A DNA stretch of 64,000 nt, taken from assembly GCA_964016885.1 (NCBI GenBank), contig OZ024741.1, forward strand, positions 75,702,001 to 75,766,000, in the 5' to 3' direction. Position numbers and translations under genes: made by a program. The stretch's first letter is position 1; each line of letters starts with the position of its first letter. Source of the DNA: Eledone cirrhosa. Its lineage: Eukaryota. Under the pieces are notes generated by a model that saw nothing but the letters and a program-made list of their open reading frames with translations, was not told where the DNA came from and did not search any database. This document shows positions 1 to 12,700 of the stretch, one piece after another.

Positions 1-397
1 CGTATTTTAATTATTCTGTCGTTCACTCTATTTACGTCTATTATCTTATCTGCCCACTTTTCTGCTACCATGATTCCTACTCCACCCAGCCCATCGTCGT
101 TTCCCACCCAGAAAAGCTTATAACATCGTTTTTTACCCTCAATGAATCTAGCAGACCCACCCCTCCACCTGGTCTCTTGAATACAACAAACATCGACCTC
201 CTTACGTTCAAGCATTTCTACAACCTCGTTAGCGCGACCCTTTAGGGTGCCTACATTTACGGTACCAACTCTGAAGTTTTGGATTGCGTTTGGGGGGCGG
301 GGGGAGATGGGGTTATGTTAGCCGCCCGCGGTTGAAACAAAGAGGAGTGCTCGCATTCTCGTCCACGAGGTGAATTTGTCTTCAACTTTGGCATTTT
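1..397 (-). mobile_element. 5' end of an RTE-A LINE copy (leader and N-terminal APE endonuclease), running off the left window edge
   Basis: Reverse complement matches about 9980-10411 of the full-length copy. It translates as FRVGTVNVGTLKGRANEVVEMLERKEVDVCCIQETRWRGG...VGIMVAEKW..IIDVNRVNDRIIKIR. Confidence 0.92.
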
Positions 398-426
398 CGA
401 TATATATATATCTCGAAAATGCCTCC

Positions 427-524
<98 letters not shown>

Positions 525-655
525 GGAGGCATTTTCGAGATATATATATATATCGAAAATGCCAAAGTTGAAGACAAATTCACCTCGTGGACGAGAATGC
601 GAGCACTCCTCTTTGTTTCAACCGCGGGCGGCTAACATAACCCCATCTCCCCCCG
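298..655. repeat. 358-bp near-perfect palindrome centred on (TA)n
   Basis: 298-430 is the reverse complement of 521-655, differing by one TA unit. The spacer is self-complementary (TA)n. Confidence 0.97.
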
Positions 656-1303
656 GTTCCTTACCACACTTCCTTCGTTATATATATATTATATATATAT
701 ATGTATATTTTATTTATTTAATTACATACTAAGCAACACAATATAATTATTCCATCACCAAAGGTTTCAAGAAACTAGATGTTTATTACAGAAACATCCA
801 GCCTGTTCAATATATATATGTATAAATGTGCAATATGTGATGTCTTCATATTCATATACCTTTATATGTGTTTGTGCCTTTCTCCGCACAAAAATATATA
901 TGTCTATATATGTCTTTGTGTGTGTATATATGTAATATAAATATATATATGAAAAAACAATGTTGTCTCTGATCAAGATAAAACGAGAGTGTATTTGAAT
1001 ACATATAAAAGTGAGAAAACTCATAGCTAGAGCAGCCATTAAAACAGCTAAATCATGAGGGTGAAGATGTATATGTGTAAACTTGTCTTCTACATTCTTT
1101 TTTCCAGTCACTTCTATACGTCAACACACTTCCTCTTATCCTCCTCCGTCATTTCTATATTTCATCTGCCAGTCACCCACCATGTGCATTGTCTCTCTGT
1201 TGACCACTGGCAGCTGGTCTCTGTCTTCTGAGGCATTTTTGCCCATTGCTGTCTTTGACAGCATTTAACTGTTTTAGTGATCAGCTTTCTCATTTATATA
1301 CAT

Positions 1304-2435
1304 ATCATCATCACCATCGTCACCGTTTTACGTCTGTTCTTCCACGCTAGCATGGGTTAGACGGGTTGTCCTGTTGTGGGCAGTGTCCAGTCAGCTGACC
1401 TTGTCTTGCTCATACAGAAACTGATTCTGGCTTGATTTCTACAGCTGGGTGCCATTCCTAACACCAACCTCATTTACAGTGAGTGCTGGGTGCTTTTTTT
1501 CCGTGGCGCCTACACGTCCACTTTACAGTGTGGGCTGGGTGCTTTTTTTGAGGTGGCACCTCCACGACCACTTTGCAGTGGGAGGGTGTGGGGGCATATT
1601 GTCTATATGCTTCAGCTCTGGCTTGTTCCCGTGGGAAGTCGGGTCTTCTGTACTATTGCGTGACGCCAGAGGTCACAGTCGTGTGTCATCACCTTTGAGA
1701 GGTGTAATTGTGTAAGGTCGGCTTTTATCACCTCATCCCAGGTCTTCTTGGGTCTCCCCACTCCGCGGCTTCCATCGACTTCTTATGCTCTGCACCTTTT
1801 TATGCAGCTGTCATCCTTCATACGCATCACATGTCCATACCAATGTAACCTCCTCTCCTGCACACACCATTTGATTCCTCTATTGCTTAGTCTCTCTCTC
1901 AATTTGTTTATGCTTTGCCGTTCGCGTATATTACTATTACACATCCATCGGAGCAAGCAAGCTTCGTTCTTTCTAATCTGCACAAGTCTTCCACAGACAG
2001 TGCCCAGGTCTCACTAATATGTAACATTGCTGTTCATATACACGCATCATACAGTCTGCCTTTCATTTTGAGGGAAAAGCCTTTTGCAGCTAGCAGTGGC
2101 AGTATCTCTATGAACTTCTTCCATCCCGTTCTTACCCTAGTTATTGTACTTTCCAAACACCCACCTCCGCTGCTAATTTGGTCACCTAGGTAGCAGAAGC
2201 TGCCTACTGTTTCTACAGAGCCCTCCCAGAGTTTGGTGGTGCTTGTTTCCTGTGGTTGTTTGCTGCTTGCTGTCCCAGCGCAGCTGCTACATATGAAGCC
2301 TACATACTTAGTTAAACTTCCTGAGATCCCACTACTCTTGTGTACCCAATGATTGCATTTGGGGCAGAGGATGGAGTTCTTACCTACACCTTTCCTACAA
2401 ACTGAGCAAGGCCATTTCCCTGAGGGGATCTGGAT
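1304..2435 (-). mobile_element. Diverged RTE relative of RTE-A, 5'-truncated (PHD finger, RT C-terminus, 3' UTR, (GAT)n tail)
   Basis: Minus strand encodes PSGKWPCSVCRKGVGRNSILCPKC and [19 protein letters not shown]...[13 protein letters not shown] (CAT)n-type tail lies near 1304-1322. Confidence 0.88.
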
Positions 2436-2464
<29 letters not shown>

Positions 2465-2466
<2 letters not shown>

Positions 2467-3155
2467 CATCATCATCATCATCATCGTTTAACGTCCATTT
2501 TCCACGCTAGCATGGGTCTGGACGGGAATTGTCCCACTTGAGGCAAGATTGGTTGTCTTGCTCAGGACTGTCTGGCGGGTTTTCTACGGCTGGATGCCCT
2601 TCCTAACACCAACCACGTTTACAGTGTGGACTGGGAGGTTTTTACCATGTTACCTACATGGCCACATTACAGCGTGGCCTGTGTGTTTTTTGTCGTGACA
2701 CCTACACGACCTCATTTGTTTCGGACTGGATGTTGTGGTACCAACATAACTTTACATTGAAGGGAGTGGTGTGGATGGGGTGGGGGTAGTGGGACAGGGG
2801 TGTATTTTTGTTAGAGGTGCCTACTGACTGTAGGTTTTGCTTTGTACTTAGGCAAGGCAGGTCTTCTGTATTACTGTGTAGCGCCAAAGATCTCGGTCCA
2901 GTGACATTGTCTTGGAGAGGTACAAGTTTGTGAGGTCGGAATTTATCAAGTCGTCCCAGATTTTTCTGGGTCTGCCTACTCCGTGGCTACCGTCTATTTT
3001 TATCGCCCTGCACTTTTTTATACAGCTGTCGTCTTTCATGCGCATCACGTGACCATACCAACGTAGTCTTCTCTCGAGTAAACAACATCTGATCCCTCTT
3101 ATTCCTAATTTCTCCCTTAGTTCATTTATGCTTTGCCGTTCACGTATATTACTAT
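2465..3155 (-). mobile_element. RTE-A 3' fragment
   Basis: Near-identical reverse complement of about 12870-13695 (ORF 2848-3048 [12 protein letters not shown]...). It has a (CAT)n tail and (TA)n on both sides. Confidence 0.95.
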
Positions 3156-3232
3156 AATATATATATATATATACATATATATATAGAGAGAGAGAGAGAG
3201 GGATGTCTGTGCACCTGTGTGTATGTATACCA

Positions 3233-4460
3233 TTATCATTATCATCATCTTTTTATATCATTGTCCCATGCTTGCATGGGTTGGACAAGTCCTTTTCAGT
3301 ACAGTATCCAGTATTTCTCCACTTATGTTCCTTTGTCATCTCCATGAACTTTAGTGATCTAAGATTAACTCTCACCACTTCCATCAAGATCTTCTTTGGC
3401 CTTCCTCTACTACAGCCTCCCTGTACTGGGATTATTTGGCACTTCTTCACTCAACAATCATCATCCATCACATGTCCATAACAATGCAGTTTCTTTTCCT
3501 ACACTTCTTCAGATTCCTCTTATACCCAGTTTTTCCCTCAGTTCATCCAACCCTTGCCATTCTCGCACATTAATATTGCACATCCATCGAAGCATGCTTG
3601 CCTCATTTATCTCCATCCTCTGTTTGTCCTCTGCCTTCACTGCCCATATCTCACTATCATGCAGCATGGCACTTTGCACACAGCAGTCACACAGCAACCC
3701 TTTCGTTCATAGGGAGAAACCTTTTGATGTTAGCAGAGGTAGCAATTCCCTAAACTTCTTCCATCCTTTCCTTATTCTAGCTTCTATGCACTCCAAGCAC
3801 CCTCCTCCATGGCTAATTATATCACCTGGGTAGCATAAACTATCAACCTCTTCTATGGATACTTTCTGGGATTGGAAAAGGTTTATATTATTTATTTTAT
3901 TATTGGCATTCTTACAATCAAACGACTCTGAACGTCTACTATATATACAAAGTTTGCCTTTCCTGTTAGTCTGCCTATTATCCCACTACATCTCTTGTGT
4001 AACTTAGATTTGCATTGTGTACATCATATAGCTTTTATGCTTACTCATTTTCTAAATATTAGCAAGGCCACTTCCCTGACGAGATTTCTTGCTTATTAAC
4101 ATTTTGTTTTTTGCTAAACTTTCTCTAAGCACTTTTGATACTTAATTGTTTCTACAGCTGGAATTTATTCTCTAGTGTTTCCACAGATTCAGCTATGATG
4201 ACCAGATCATTGGCATACAGAAGTTCCCATGAGCAGACAGTCTGTTATGGCCTGGAGGACTAGGATAAACAGGGAAGGGTTAAGAACTGAACCCTGATGC
4301 ATTCCTATCTGCACCTTAAATTCCTCACTAAACCTACTTCCTATTCTCAGTTTACTTACAGCTCCTCTGTATACATATTGCACTGCTTTTACAAGCCACT
4401 CTTTTACATCTAGTTTTCTTAAGGACCACCAGATGACTGATCAGAGTACTCTTTTACTGA
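3233..4460 (-). mobile_element. Old degenerate RTE (RT, PHD remnant, C-terminus)
   Basis: ORFs 3509-3697 (SAMLHDSEIW..NEASMLRWMCN) and 3253-3450 (RGRPKK). A remnant of HQGSVL.PSLF...WELLYANDL lies near 4200-4300. Confidence 0.82.
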
Positions 4461-4606
4461 TGGAATACACCAGTATATTCTTCATATGGTTGCATTGGCG
4501 CCATGATAAAATGCACCTACCCTTCTCTATAAAATAGAAGTGCTAATCCCATGATAAAATTCACACAACCCACTTTGTAAAGTGGTTTCCAGTAATATAA
4601 GCCGTG

Positions 4607-4993
4607 TGCTTGCATCAGCAGTGGCCATTTGTTCTCTCCATTCTTCTGCTAAGCATATCAGTGCAAGCAGTGCTGCACTTGCATCAGTGGTAACTGTTTC
4701 TTAACTCTGTCCTTCTGCTAAGCATAGCACTGCAGGCAGTGTTGCATTTAGATCAGCAGTGGCCATTTGTTTACTCCATCCTTCTGCTCATTGCAGTATT
4801 GTGGGCAGTACTGTGCTTGCAATGATGGTAACCTTTCATTCTGTCTGTCCTTCTGCTAAGGGTAGTACTGCAGGCAGTGCCACACTTGTATCAGCAGTGA
4901 CCTTGTTCTCTCCATCCTTCTGCCAAGTGTAACATTGCAGGCAGTGCTGCACTTGCATTCTCTCTGTCCTTTTGCTCATTTTAGCACTGCAGG
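4607..4993. repeat. Minisatellite of about 68-70 bp unit, about 6 copies
   Basis: Recurrent unit TGCATCAG(C)AGTGG...TCC(A/T)TCCTTCTGCTAAG...ACTGCAGGCAGTG. Confidence 0.85.
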
Positions 4994-5039
4994 TGGAGCA
5001 GTAAACCAGCTTCCTCCATGACCTTTATCGTGAGTCAGT

Positions 5040-5350
5040 ACTTGGATTGGTGTGAAATCTTTACCTTAATGTTATCCACACATTTTTTCTTCAGCTGCCC
5101 TTGCCTTCTTTTCTCTTTGACTGTTCTTTGGAGATAGCCTTGATCAATCCATCATATCATGTTACATGACCATACAATCTCATTTTTCTTTTCTTTATTA
5201 TGGTTAGCTAATCTTGATAGTTGCCCACATGATATCTGATTGCTGTGCAAATGCTTGTGTTGCTTATCAGTTACATGTAGGAGATATCAATAATTTTTAT
5301 GTAGCATCTAATTTGGAATGTCAGTATTTTCCTTTGTAATTCCATTGAGA
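5040..5350 (-). mobile_element. Highly degenerate RTE 3' coding remnant
   Basis: Minus strand resembles ...KMRLYGHVT..DG....LQRTVK.KRRQG...K.CVDNIK. Confidence 0.5.
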
Positions 5351-5710
5351 GCATGCATGAGTTTCAGTTTAGCTTTTATATTTTGTCTCGAAAATAATAC
5401 AATATAGTATATATCAATAAGATAATATGGTACAGAGGCAACTTAGTTTTGTCATGGAAAATGTATATTGATTTTCCTTTCACATAACACAAAAACACAA
5501 TACACCTGTATAATTTTGTTCAACTGTTGTAGAATTCTTCAAGTTTTCATAAAATTCTCTCTTTAGGGAAAGTATAACTGACATGAAGGAGGCTTGAAAG
5601 TGACAACTAGAAAAATGTTATTTTTTAATGATGCAATAATGAATATTAATCATATTAAGGATATGAAAACGATACATTGATATAGAATATTGAATACCAA
5701 CACTGCTTGT

Positions 5711-5845
5711 GAAGGCACATGGCCTAGTTGCATAATCATAAGACACTGGGTTCAATTTCACTTACATTGAGTTGTGTCACTGAGCCAGACACTTCATTTC
5801 ATGTTGCTCCAGTTCACTCATCAGAAAAGAAGGTGAGTACCAACA
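5711..5845 (+). mobile_element. tRNA-derived CORE-like SINE, degenerate
   Basis: A-box-like TGGCCTAGTTG and B-box-like GGTTCAATT. The core TGTGTC.CTGAGC.AGACACTTCATTTCATGTTGCTCCAGT is shared with 17550-17610, 52400-52540(-) and 58310-58445(-). Confidence 0.6.
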
Positions 5846-6261
5846 GCAGCAACTGGAGTTTAACCCCTGCAATTGGGGTCCAGTGAGGAGAAGTATTTTC
5901 ATGAGAAGACTGGGGCTCCTATCATTAAAACACTTGAGAAACCTCCTACGAGATGCAGCCTCACATAGATGTAAGCTGTAACAACAGCAATTCTTGTTTG
6001 AAAAATCTAATGAAAGTTTTGTAAGTAATTTTCAATAAGGACACAGTGTTTTCTCCCAATGAGGGACATCTCTCGGTTTCAATGAGCAGTCAGTCTGTTG
6101 ATCAACATCTTTATGAATTAATGCGTAAGTGGTTGATTATTTCACAGACATGTGTTCATTTAATGTTATTCTCAGGGAGATTCAGCATGGCACATTATGT
6201 GACAAAATTGGACCTTTGAATTACAGGTACCGTCCAACTTGTATTATAATATTAATAATAT

Positions 6262-6470
6262 GGCGGTGGATTGGCAGTATCGGTAGAGGGTTGGACGCCA
6301 TGCTTTGACGCATAGTTACGGCCCTTTCCATTCTGAGTTCAAATCCCATTGAGCTTAACTTTGCCTTTCATCCTTACGGGGTCGATAAAATAAGTACCAG
6401 TAATGCACTGGGTAATTGCTGGCCTTGTACCAAAAAGTAGAAACAATTATAATAATAATAATAATAATAA
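6262..6470 (+). mobile_element. tRNA-derived SINE (SINE-1), full length, (AAT)n tail
   Basis: A box TGGCAGTATCGG, B box GAGTTCAAATC and central GCCTTTCATCCTTACGGGGTCGATAAAATAAGTACCAG. More than 10 related copies occur in the window. Confidence 0.88.
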
Positions 6471-6471
6471 T

Positions 6472-6912
6472 GAAATTATTGTGTACAGTGCTCAGGTGCA
6501 CTACAACTCATCAAAGCTGCATGTATAGTACATAGAATAATGTACAAATGTCAGGGATGTGAATAGTGTATGAGTCATGATATACATATGTGCGTGTGTA
6601 TGGAGGGGGAATATTAGGCGTAGTGTTGGCGAATCTTAGGAAGCATGGAGGTTTTAAAGGATGCAGTGTCTCGACAGCTAATAACTGATGCAGGGAGTTT
6701 CTTCCATCCTTCAGCAACTCTGAGTGAGAAAAAATGTTTCCGAAAGTCATGGGAGCTGTGCTGTTTTCTAACTTTGTTGGCATATGCACATGTGTTAAAC
6801 ACATGGAAATCAAAAAGGTACTCAGGGTTATTGTTGGCAAGATGGTTAATAATTTTGTGGGTGTTTACCAAGTCAGTTGCCAGACGTTGGAGCTTCAATG
6901 TATCCATGCCCA
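6472..6912 (-). mobile_element. CR1-type LINE 3' fragment
   Basis: ORF 6614-6913 (TLKLQRLATDLV..HKII...DFRKHFFSLRVAEGW.KLP). Same family as 43620-44622 and 50390-51381. Confidence 0.9.
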
Positions 6913-7204
6913 CAGTACAAGATCTTCAGTATTCCACAGACACATGTTCCCTTAACATAATTATCTGGGAGATTCAGCATGACAGAGTGTGCGAATTACA
7001 GGCACAATCCATTTTATGAGCTTCAAACAATTTCCACGGAGTCAATTTCACTCACAAAGCTTGAACCAACCAAAATCTATGGTAAAGACTGACACCTATT
7101 CAAGATGCCAGGCAGCGGGATGAATCTTCAGAACTTCATGATTGCAAAACAAACTTCTTAACCATTCAGCCATGCCTGTGTCCTCTCTCTCAATATGCCA
7201 TTAA

Positions 7205-7391
7205 TTGTTTCTATTTTAGGCACAAGGCCAGCAATTACCCAGTACATTACTGGTACTTTATTTTATCGACCCCGTAAGGATGAAAGGCAAAGTTAACCTC
7301 GGCGCGATTTGAACTCAGACCATAAAGGGACGTAACTCTATGCTTCAAAGCATGGTGTCCGACTCTCTACCGATACTGCCAATCCACCGCT
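7205..7391 (-). mobile_element. SINE-1 copy
   Basis: Reverse complement of 6262-6450. Confidence 0.9.
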
Positions 7392-8455
7392 CTTGTCAAT
7401 ATGCCATTAATGAAACACAGTGAGAAAGGCAAGCAGTTACCACCAGGATATCAGAAAGATGACAAACATTGAAAGCTTAGAGATAATGTAATTTATGAAA
7501 GGACTTATGAAATGCAGATATTAAGTACTTACTTACTTCCCAGCCTAAACGAGTTACTAACAAAATTTATCTCTACCTCACTCTCATTTGTTAATTCTTT
7601 CTTTCATCATCTCTTCTTTGTTTCTCATTATCATTCTTTCTCATATTCTTTATCTCCCTATCTCTCCAGCTATACATACGTACATATATATATAAAAATA
7701 ATTCAGTCACATACACATGTATATATATATATACATACACATACAAACATACATATGTATGTATTTGTGTATGCATGTATGTATGTATGTATGTATGTAT
7801 GTATGTGCAAATATATACATGAATATATATAAACATACATCATACATATATATGTCACTGCTTTGAAAAGACAGGATCCTCTCTGTCAACAGGTAGAAGG
7901 ATTTTGACAGTTACAAATTGGCTGTTATGGTGGGGAATGTGCAGCTGCGTATTTTGAAATGTAGTGTGTGGTCTTGAAAGTGACGTTGTCAAGACAGAAT
8001 TAGCTGACCATATTATGAATGTTGAAATGTGTATTTTATTTGTGTGTCTGTTGAAGCTGTTGCCATGCTATAGCAAGACATTCTTGGCTATGTTTGTGAT
8101 AATATCCAGGTTATATGGAGGATTAAACTCCTTTACTTACCTCTTTATGGTTATACCCTGGTATGAGGAGGGTTTTGTGCTACATGTACACTAGCTTCTC
8201 ACAGAAAATGTTTTTAGCTAATACATCATTGTAATAGGATTGATTCTGTTAAAAATAAAGCAGAGACTCACTACATATTCCAGCTACAAGATTTCTAATT
8301 TTCTAATTATAACAGGGGGGTGGTATGAAGTTTCGTTAATATCATTTATATATATAATGATTTACAGTTTGATGCCCTTCCTGACACCAACCCTTTTAGT
8401 TGCTTCTTACAGCATACTTATTCGAAACTAGATACACATGCGCATTATATATATA

Positions 8456-8640
8456 TCATCATCATCATCATCATCATTTTACGTCTGCTTTTCCCTGCTT
8501 GCAAGGGTGGGACGGTAATATTTGTTGTTCCTATATAATTGTTTTGGTATTGATACACTGGTTGGATGCCCTTCCTAACACCAGTGCCACTTTACAGCAT
8601 GGACTGGGTTCTTTTATTCGTGCCACCAGCACTAGAGAGG
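8456..8640 (-). mobile_element. Short RTE-3'-tail element
   Basis: (CAT)n followed by TTTTACGTCTGCTTTTCCCTGCTTGCAAGGGTGGGACGG and TGGATGCCCTTCCTAACACC, both shared with the RTE 3' UTR. Confidence 0.75.
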
Positions 8641-9084
8641 ATGTCTTACTGGACTCATGGGCCCTCTCTACCTCTCCATTTTACAGCATGGTCATAACAA
8701 AAAAAAAAAAAAAACACCACTTATTGACACTCACGGCACACACACACACACACACTCACTCACACACAAACACTCACGCATACAAACACACATGCCACTC
8801 ACACACCAACCCTCATGCATACAAACACACACACGCCACTCACATACATACATATATTACCGTCAGTACTGATACAAGATCATGTCAACTGTTGACTTTT
8901 ACAGTTCAGTTTTTATATAATAATAATAATTGTTTGCTTTACAGCATAAAGCAATGGCCCACCATTCTCCGGGCCCAAAAACAAGGCACCAACAATGCAC
9001 TGGGACAATCGCTGCCCTGTGCCAAGAACAGAATAATTATTACTATTATTATAGTTGTTTTCTTCTTCTTAAGGCCTGATCGCT

Positions 9085-9630
9085 GGTGATGGTGGTAGTG
9101 GTGGATAGTATCAGTGATGGTGATGGTGGATGGTGTCAGTGATGGTGGTGGCAGTTGTTTTTGTTGTCGTTGTTGTTGTTGTTGTTGCTGCTGCCGTTGC
9201 TGTTGTTCATTTCACTGATGCTGCTGTAGACAATGGTGTTGTTGCTGTTGTTGTTGTTGTTGTTGCTGTTGTTGTTGCTGTTGTAGTTGCTGGGTTGAAA
9301 TTTTGAAATTTGGTCGCTTTGCGTGTGTGATATACACACATACATATATATATACACATACATACACACACATTTAACACAGACAATGGTGTTGTTGCTG
9401 TTGTTGTTGTTGCAGTTGCTGTTGTTGTTGTTGTTGTAGTTGATGTTGTTGTTGTAGTTGTCGTTGCTGTGTTGAAATCTGGTTGCATCAACTGAGATAT
9501 ATATATATATGTTGTTGTAGTTGCTGTTGTTGTTGTAGTTGCTGTGCTGAAATCTGGTCACATCGACTGAGATATATATATATATATACATATATACACA
9601 CACATACGTATATATATACACACACATTCA
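9085..9630. repeat. Compound microsatellite array: (GGT)n, (GTT)n and (TA/CA)n with duplicated spacers
   Basis: Spacers GACAATGGTGTTG (twice) and TGAAATCTGGT..CATC.ACTGAGAT (twice) lie between simple repeats. Confidence 0.85.
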
Positions 9631-9688
9631 ACACAGAGAAAGGAGTTAGGAGTTTGTCAACAGGTCATATATATATATACTGTAGTTA

Positions 9689-9751
<63 letters not shown>

Positions 9752-9755
<4 letters not shown>

Positions 9756-12700
9756 ATGCTTGTTAAATTATGCCCAAAATATGGGGATCTTATTTAAACC
9801 TTAACCTTCTCGCTAACTACCCAATATCCCTCCCACCCGCCTCCACACACCACCATTATTACGTGGGCCAATCATAAGTCAGCGGACTATGCTATCACTT
9901 ACCTGGTTGCCTTTTGATATGATGGATGGACTACGGAATTCTGGAGAGTTTGAAAAGAAAATATCTGGACACTCAGTGACAATGCCAAAGATAAAGACAA
10001 ATTCACCTCATGCTGCCGGACGAGAATGCAAGGACTCCTCCTCCTTGTTTCGGCGGTGGATGGCTAACATAACCCCATCTCCCTCACACACACACCCCTG
10101 CGCCCCACCGCTCCCACCCTCCAAATGCAATCCAAAACTTCAGAGTTGGTACCATGAATGTAGGCACTTTAAAGGGTCGCTCTAACGAGGTTGTAGAAAT
10201 GCTTGAACGTAAGGAGGTCGATGTTTGTTGTATTCAAGAGACCAGGTGGAGGGGTGGGTCTGTTAGATTTATTCTGGTTAAAGAACGATGTTATAAGCTT
10301 TTCTGGTTGGGAAATGACAATGGGATGGGTGGAGTAGGAATCATGGTAGCAGAAAAGTGGGCAGATAAGATAATAGACGTAAATAGAGTGAACGACAGAA
10401 TAATTAAAATAAGACTTGTCCTCAATAGAACTACTGTGACAGTAATATCTGCGTACGCATCCCAATCCGGACTGCCTGGCGTTATAAAAGACAGATTCTA
10501 TGAGACACTGATGCTAACTACCTCCAAAATAACCGACAGTGACTACATAGTTATCGCTGGCGACCTAAATGGTCATGTTGGACAACATTGTGACGGCTAT
10601 GACGGAATCCATGGAGGCTATGGGTTTGGTACTAGAAATGAGGAAGGCTCCAGAATCCTGGAATTCTGTGATGCAAATAACCTAACTATCTGTAACACTA
10701 ACTTCAAAAAATGAGACAATCACTTGATCACCTATAGATTGGGGGAACACACCAGCCAGGTAGATTATATCCTTACCAGGAGACGTGACAGAGTGTCTGT
10801 TGTAAACACTAAATCCCTCCCCCATGAAGAATGCACCTCCCAACATAGACTCATAATTAGCGACCTCATAGTCAGGACGAGACGTACTCAACAACAGAAG
10901 AGGACTATCCTCAGGAGAAAAATATGGAAGTTAAAAGACCCCACAGCCAGTAATAAATTTAAAAGCATATTACTTGATGCTTTTGATAGTAAGGAAGAGC
11001 AATTAGAGTCGTACAATATAGATGAACAGTGTGAATTCCTGAAAGCTAACCTGCTGAAGGCGACAGATGAAACCTGTGACTGGAGCAGACCTATAGGCAG
11101 GAGGAGAGTAACTTGGTGGTGGAACAGTAAGGTGGAGGAGTCAATCAAGGCCAAAAAGCAGGCTTGGAAAGCATGGCGGGATGAGGGAAGTAGAGAAGAC
11201 TATCAAGTGGCCAGGAGGGAAGCTAGGAGACAAGTGTACTTAGCAAGAAGGGAAGCAGAGGAAAGAAAGTTCAAGCATGTTCTACAACGCGAGGACCAAA
11301 AACGTGAGGTGTTCGGGATTGCTAGGCAATGTGTCAAAGAAAACAGTGATATTGTCGGGGAGAAGTGTGTCCTTAATGATGATGGTGTACTTGCCATCAC
11401 TGACGCTGATAAGAAGGTAGCTTGGAAGTGTCATTACGAAAGGCTACTAAATGAGGAGAATAATTGGGAGAAAGACAGTCTCCCCCACATCGACCCAATA
11501 GAGGGACCAGCAGTGCAAGTTGAAGGTAGTATAATAAGTAAGGCGATCAAAGACATGAAGACGAGCAAGGCGGCCGGGCCTTCGGAAATAGTTGCTGAAA
11601 TGCTGAAAGCATCTGGAACGGTGGGACACACTATGGTCACTCAGATAGTAAACCAAGTCATACAGAATGGGGTCATTCCGAAGGACTGGCGCAGCAGCAT
11701 CATCATTAACTGCTACAAGGGTAAAGGTGATGCCCTAGATAGGGGAAACTATAGAGGCATTAAATTAATTGACCAGGTCATGAAGGTCACAGAAAAAGTA
11801 ATAGCGCATCTAATCAGAGAGCGAATTGATCTAGACGAAATGCAGTTCGGGTTTGTGTCAGGTAAAAGTACAACAGACGCTCTCTTCATTGTACGACAAC
11901 TACAGGAGAAGTACCTACCTAAAAGTAAACCCCTATACTTAGCCTTTGTTGACTTGGAGAAAGCCTTTGACAGAGTACTCCGCTCGATTATCTGGTGTGC
12001 CCTTAGAAAACTAGGTGTTGATGAATGGCTTGTGAGAGCTATACAAGCCATGTATAAAGAAACAGTCAGCAAGGTTAGAATTAACAACGAATATAGTGAA
12101 GAGTTTAGCGTAAAAGTTGGTGTTCATCAGGGCTCCGTCCTTAGCCCCCTACTATTTATTATTGCCCTTCAGGCTATAACAGAGGAGTTCAAGACTGGCT
12201 GCCCATGGGAACTCCTATATGCAGATGATCTAACGCTCATAGCTGAATCAATGGCTGAACTAGAGAATAAATTCCAAACATGGAAGCGTGGCCTAGAATC
12301 AAAAGGCCTTAAAGTTAACTTGTCTAAGACTAAAGTTCTAGTTTGTAGGAAGGAAAATAGGGCACCGGTCCCATCTGGGAAATGGCCATGCTCAGTGTGT
12401 AGGAAAGGAGTAGGTAGAAACTCCATTTTATGTCCCAAATGCAAAGTATGGGTGCATAAAAGATGTAGTGGGATCACAGGTAAGCTAACTAAGAATATAG
12501 ATTTTATATGTGGCCGGTGCTCTGGTGCAATAAGTAGCAGCAAGTGTACACAGAATACTAGCTCATTCCATTGCACAGATGGTTCTATAGAAATAGTGGA
12601 CACCTTCCGTTACCTGGGTGACAAAATCAGCAGTGGGGGAGGGTGCTCTGAAAGTACAGTAGCTAGAGTCAGAACGGGATGGAAAAAGTTCAGAGAGCTT

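Noticed and set aside
6262-6350. tRNA gene
   Set aside because: A and B boxes are present but there is no cloverleaf. It is the head of a multi-copy SINE.
9136-9627. Poly-Asn / poly-Thr ORFs
   Set aside because: They are translations of (GTT)n repeats with no other coding signal.
10712-10714. In-frame TGA between APE and RT as programmed read-through or selenocysteine
   Set aside because: It lies within the APE domain at a position compatible with CGA>TGA decay. No second copy in the window covers this site to show conservation.
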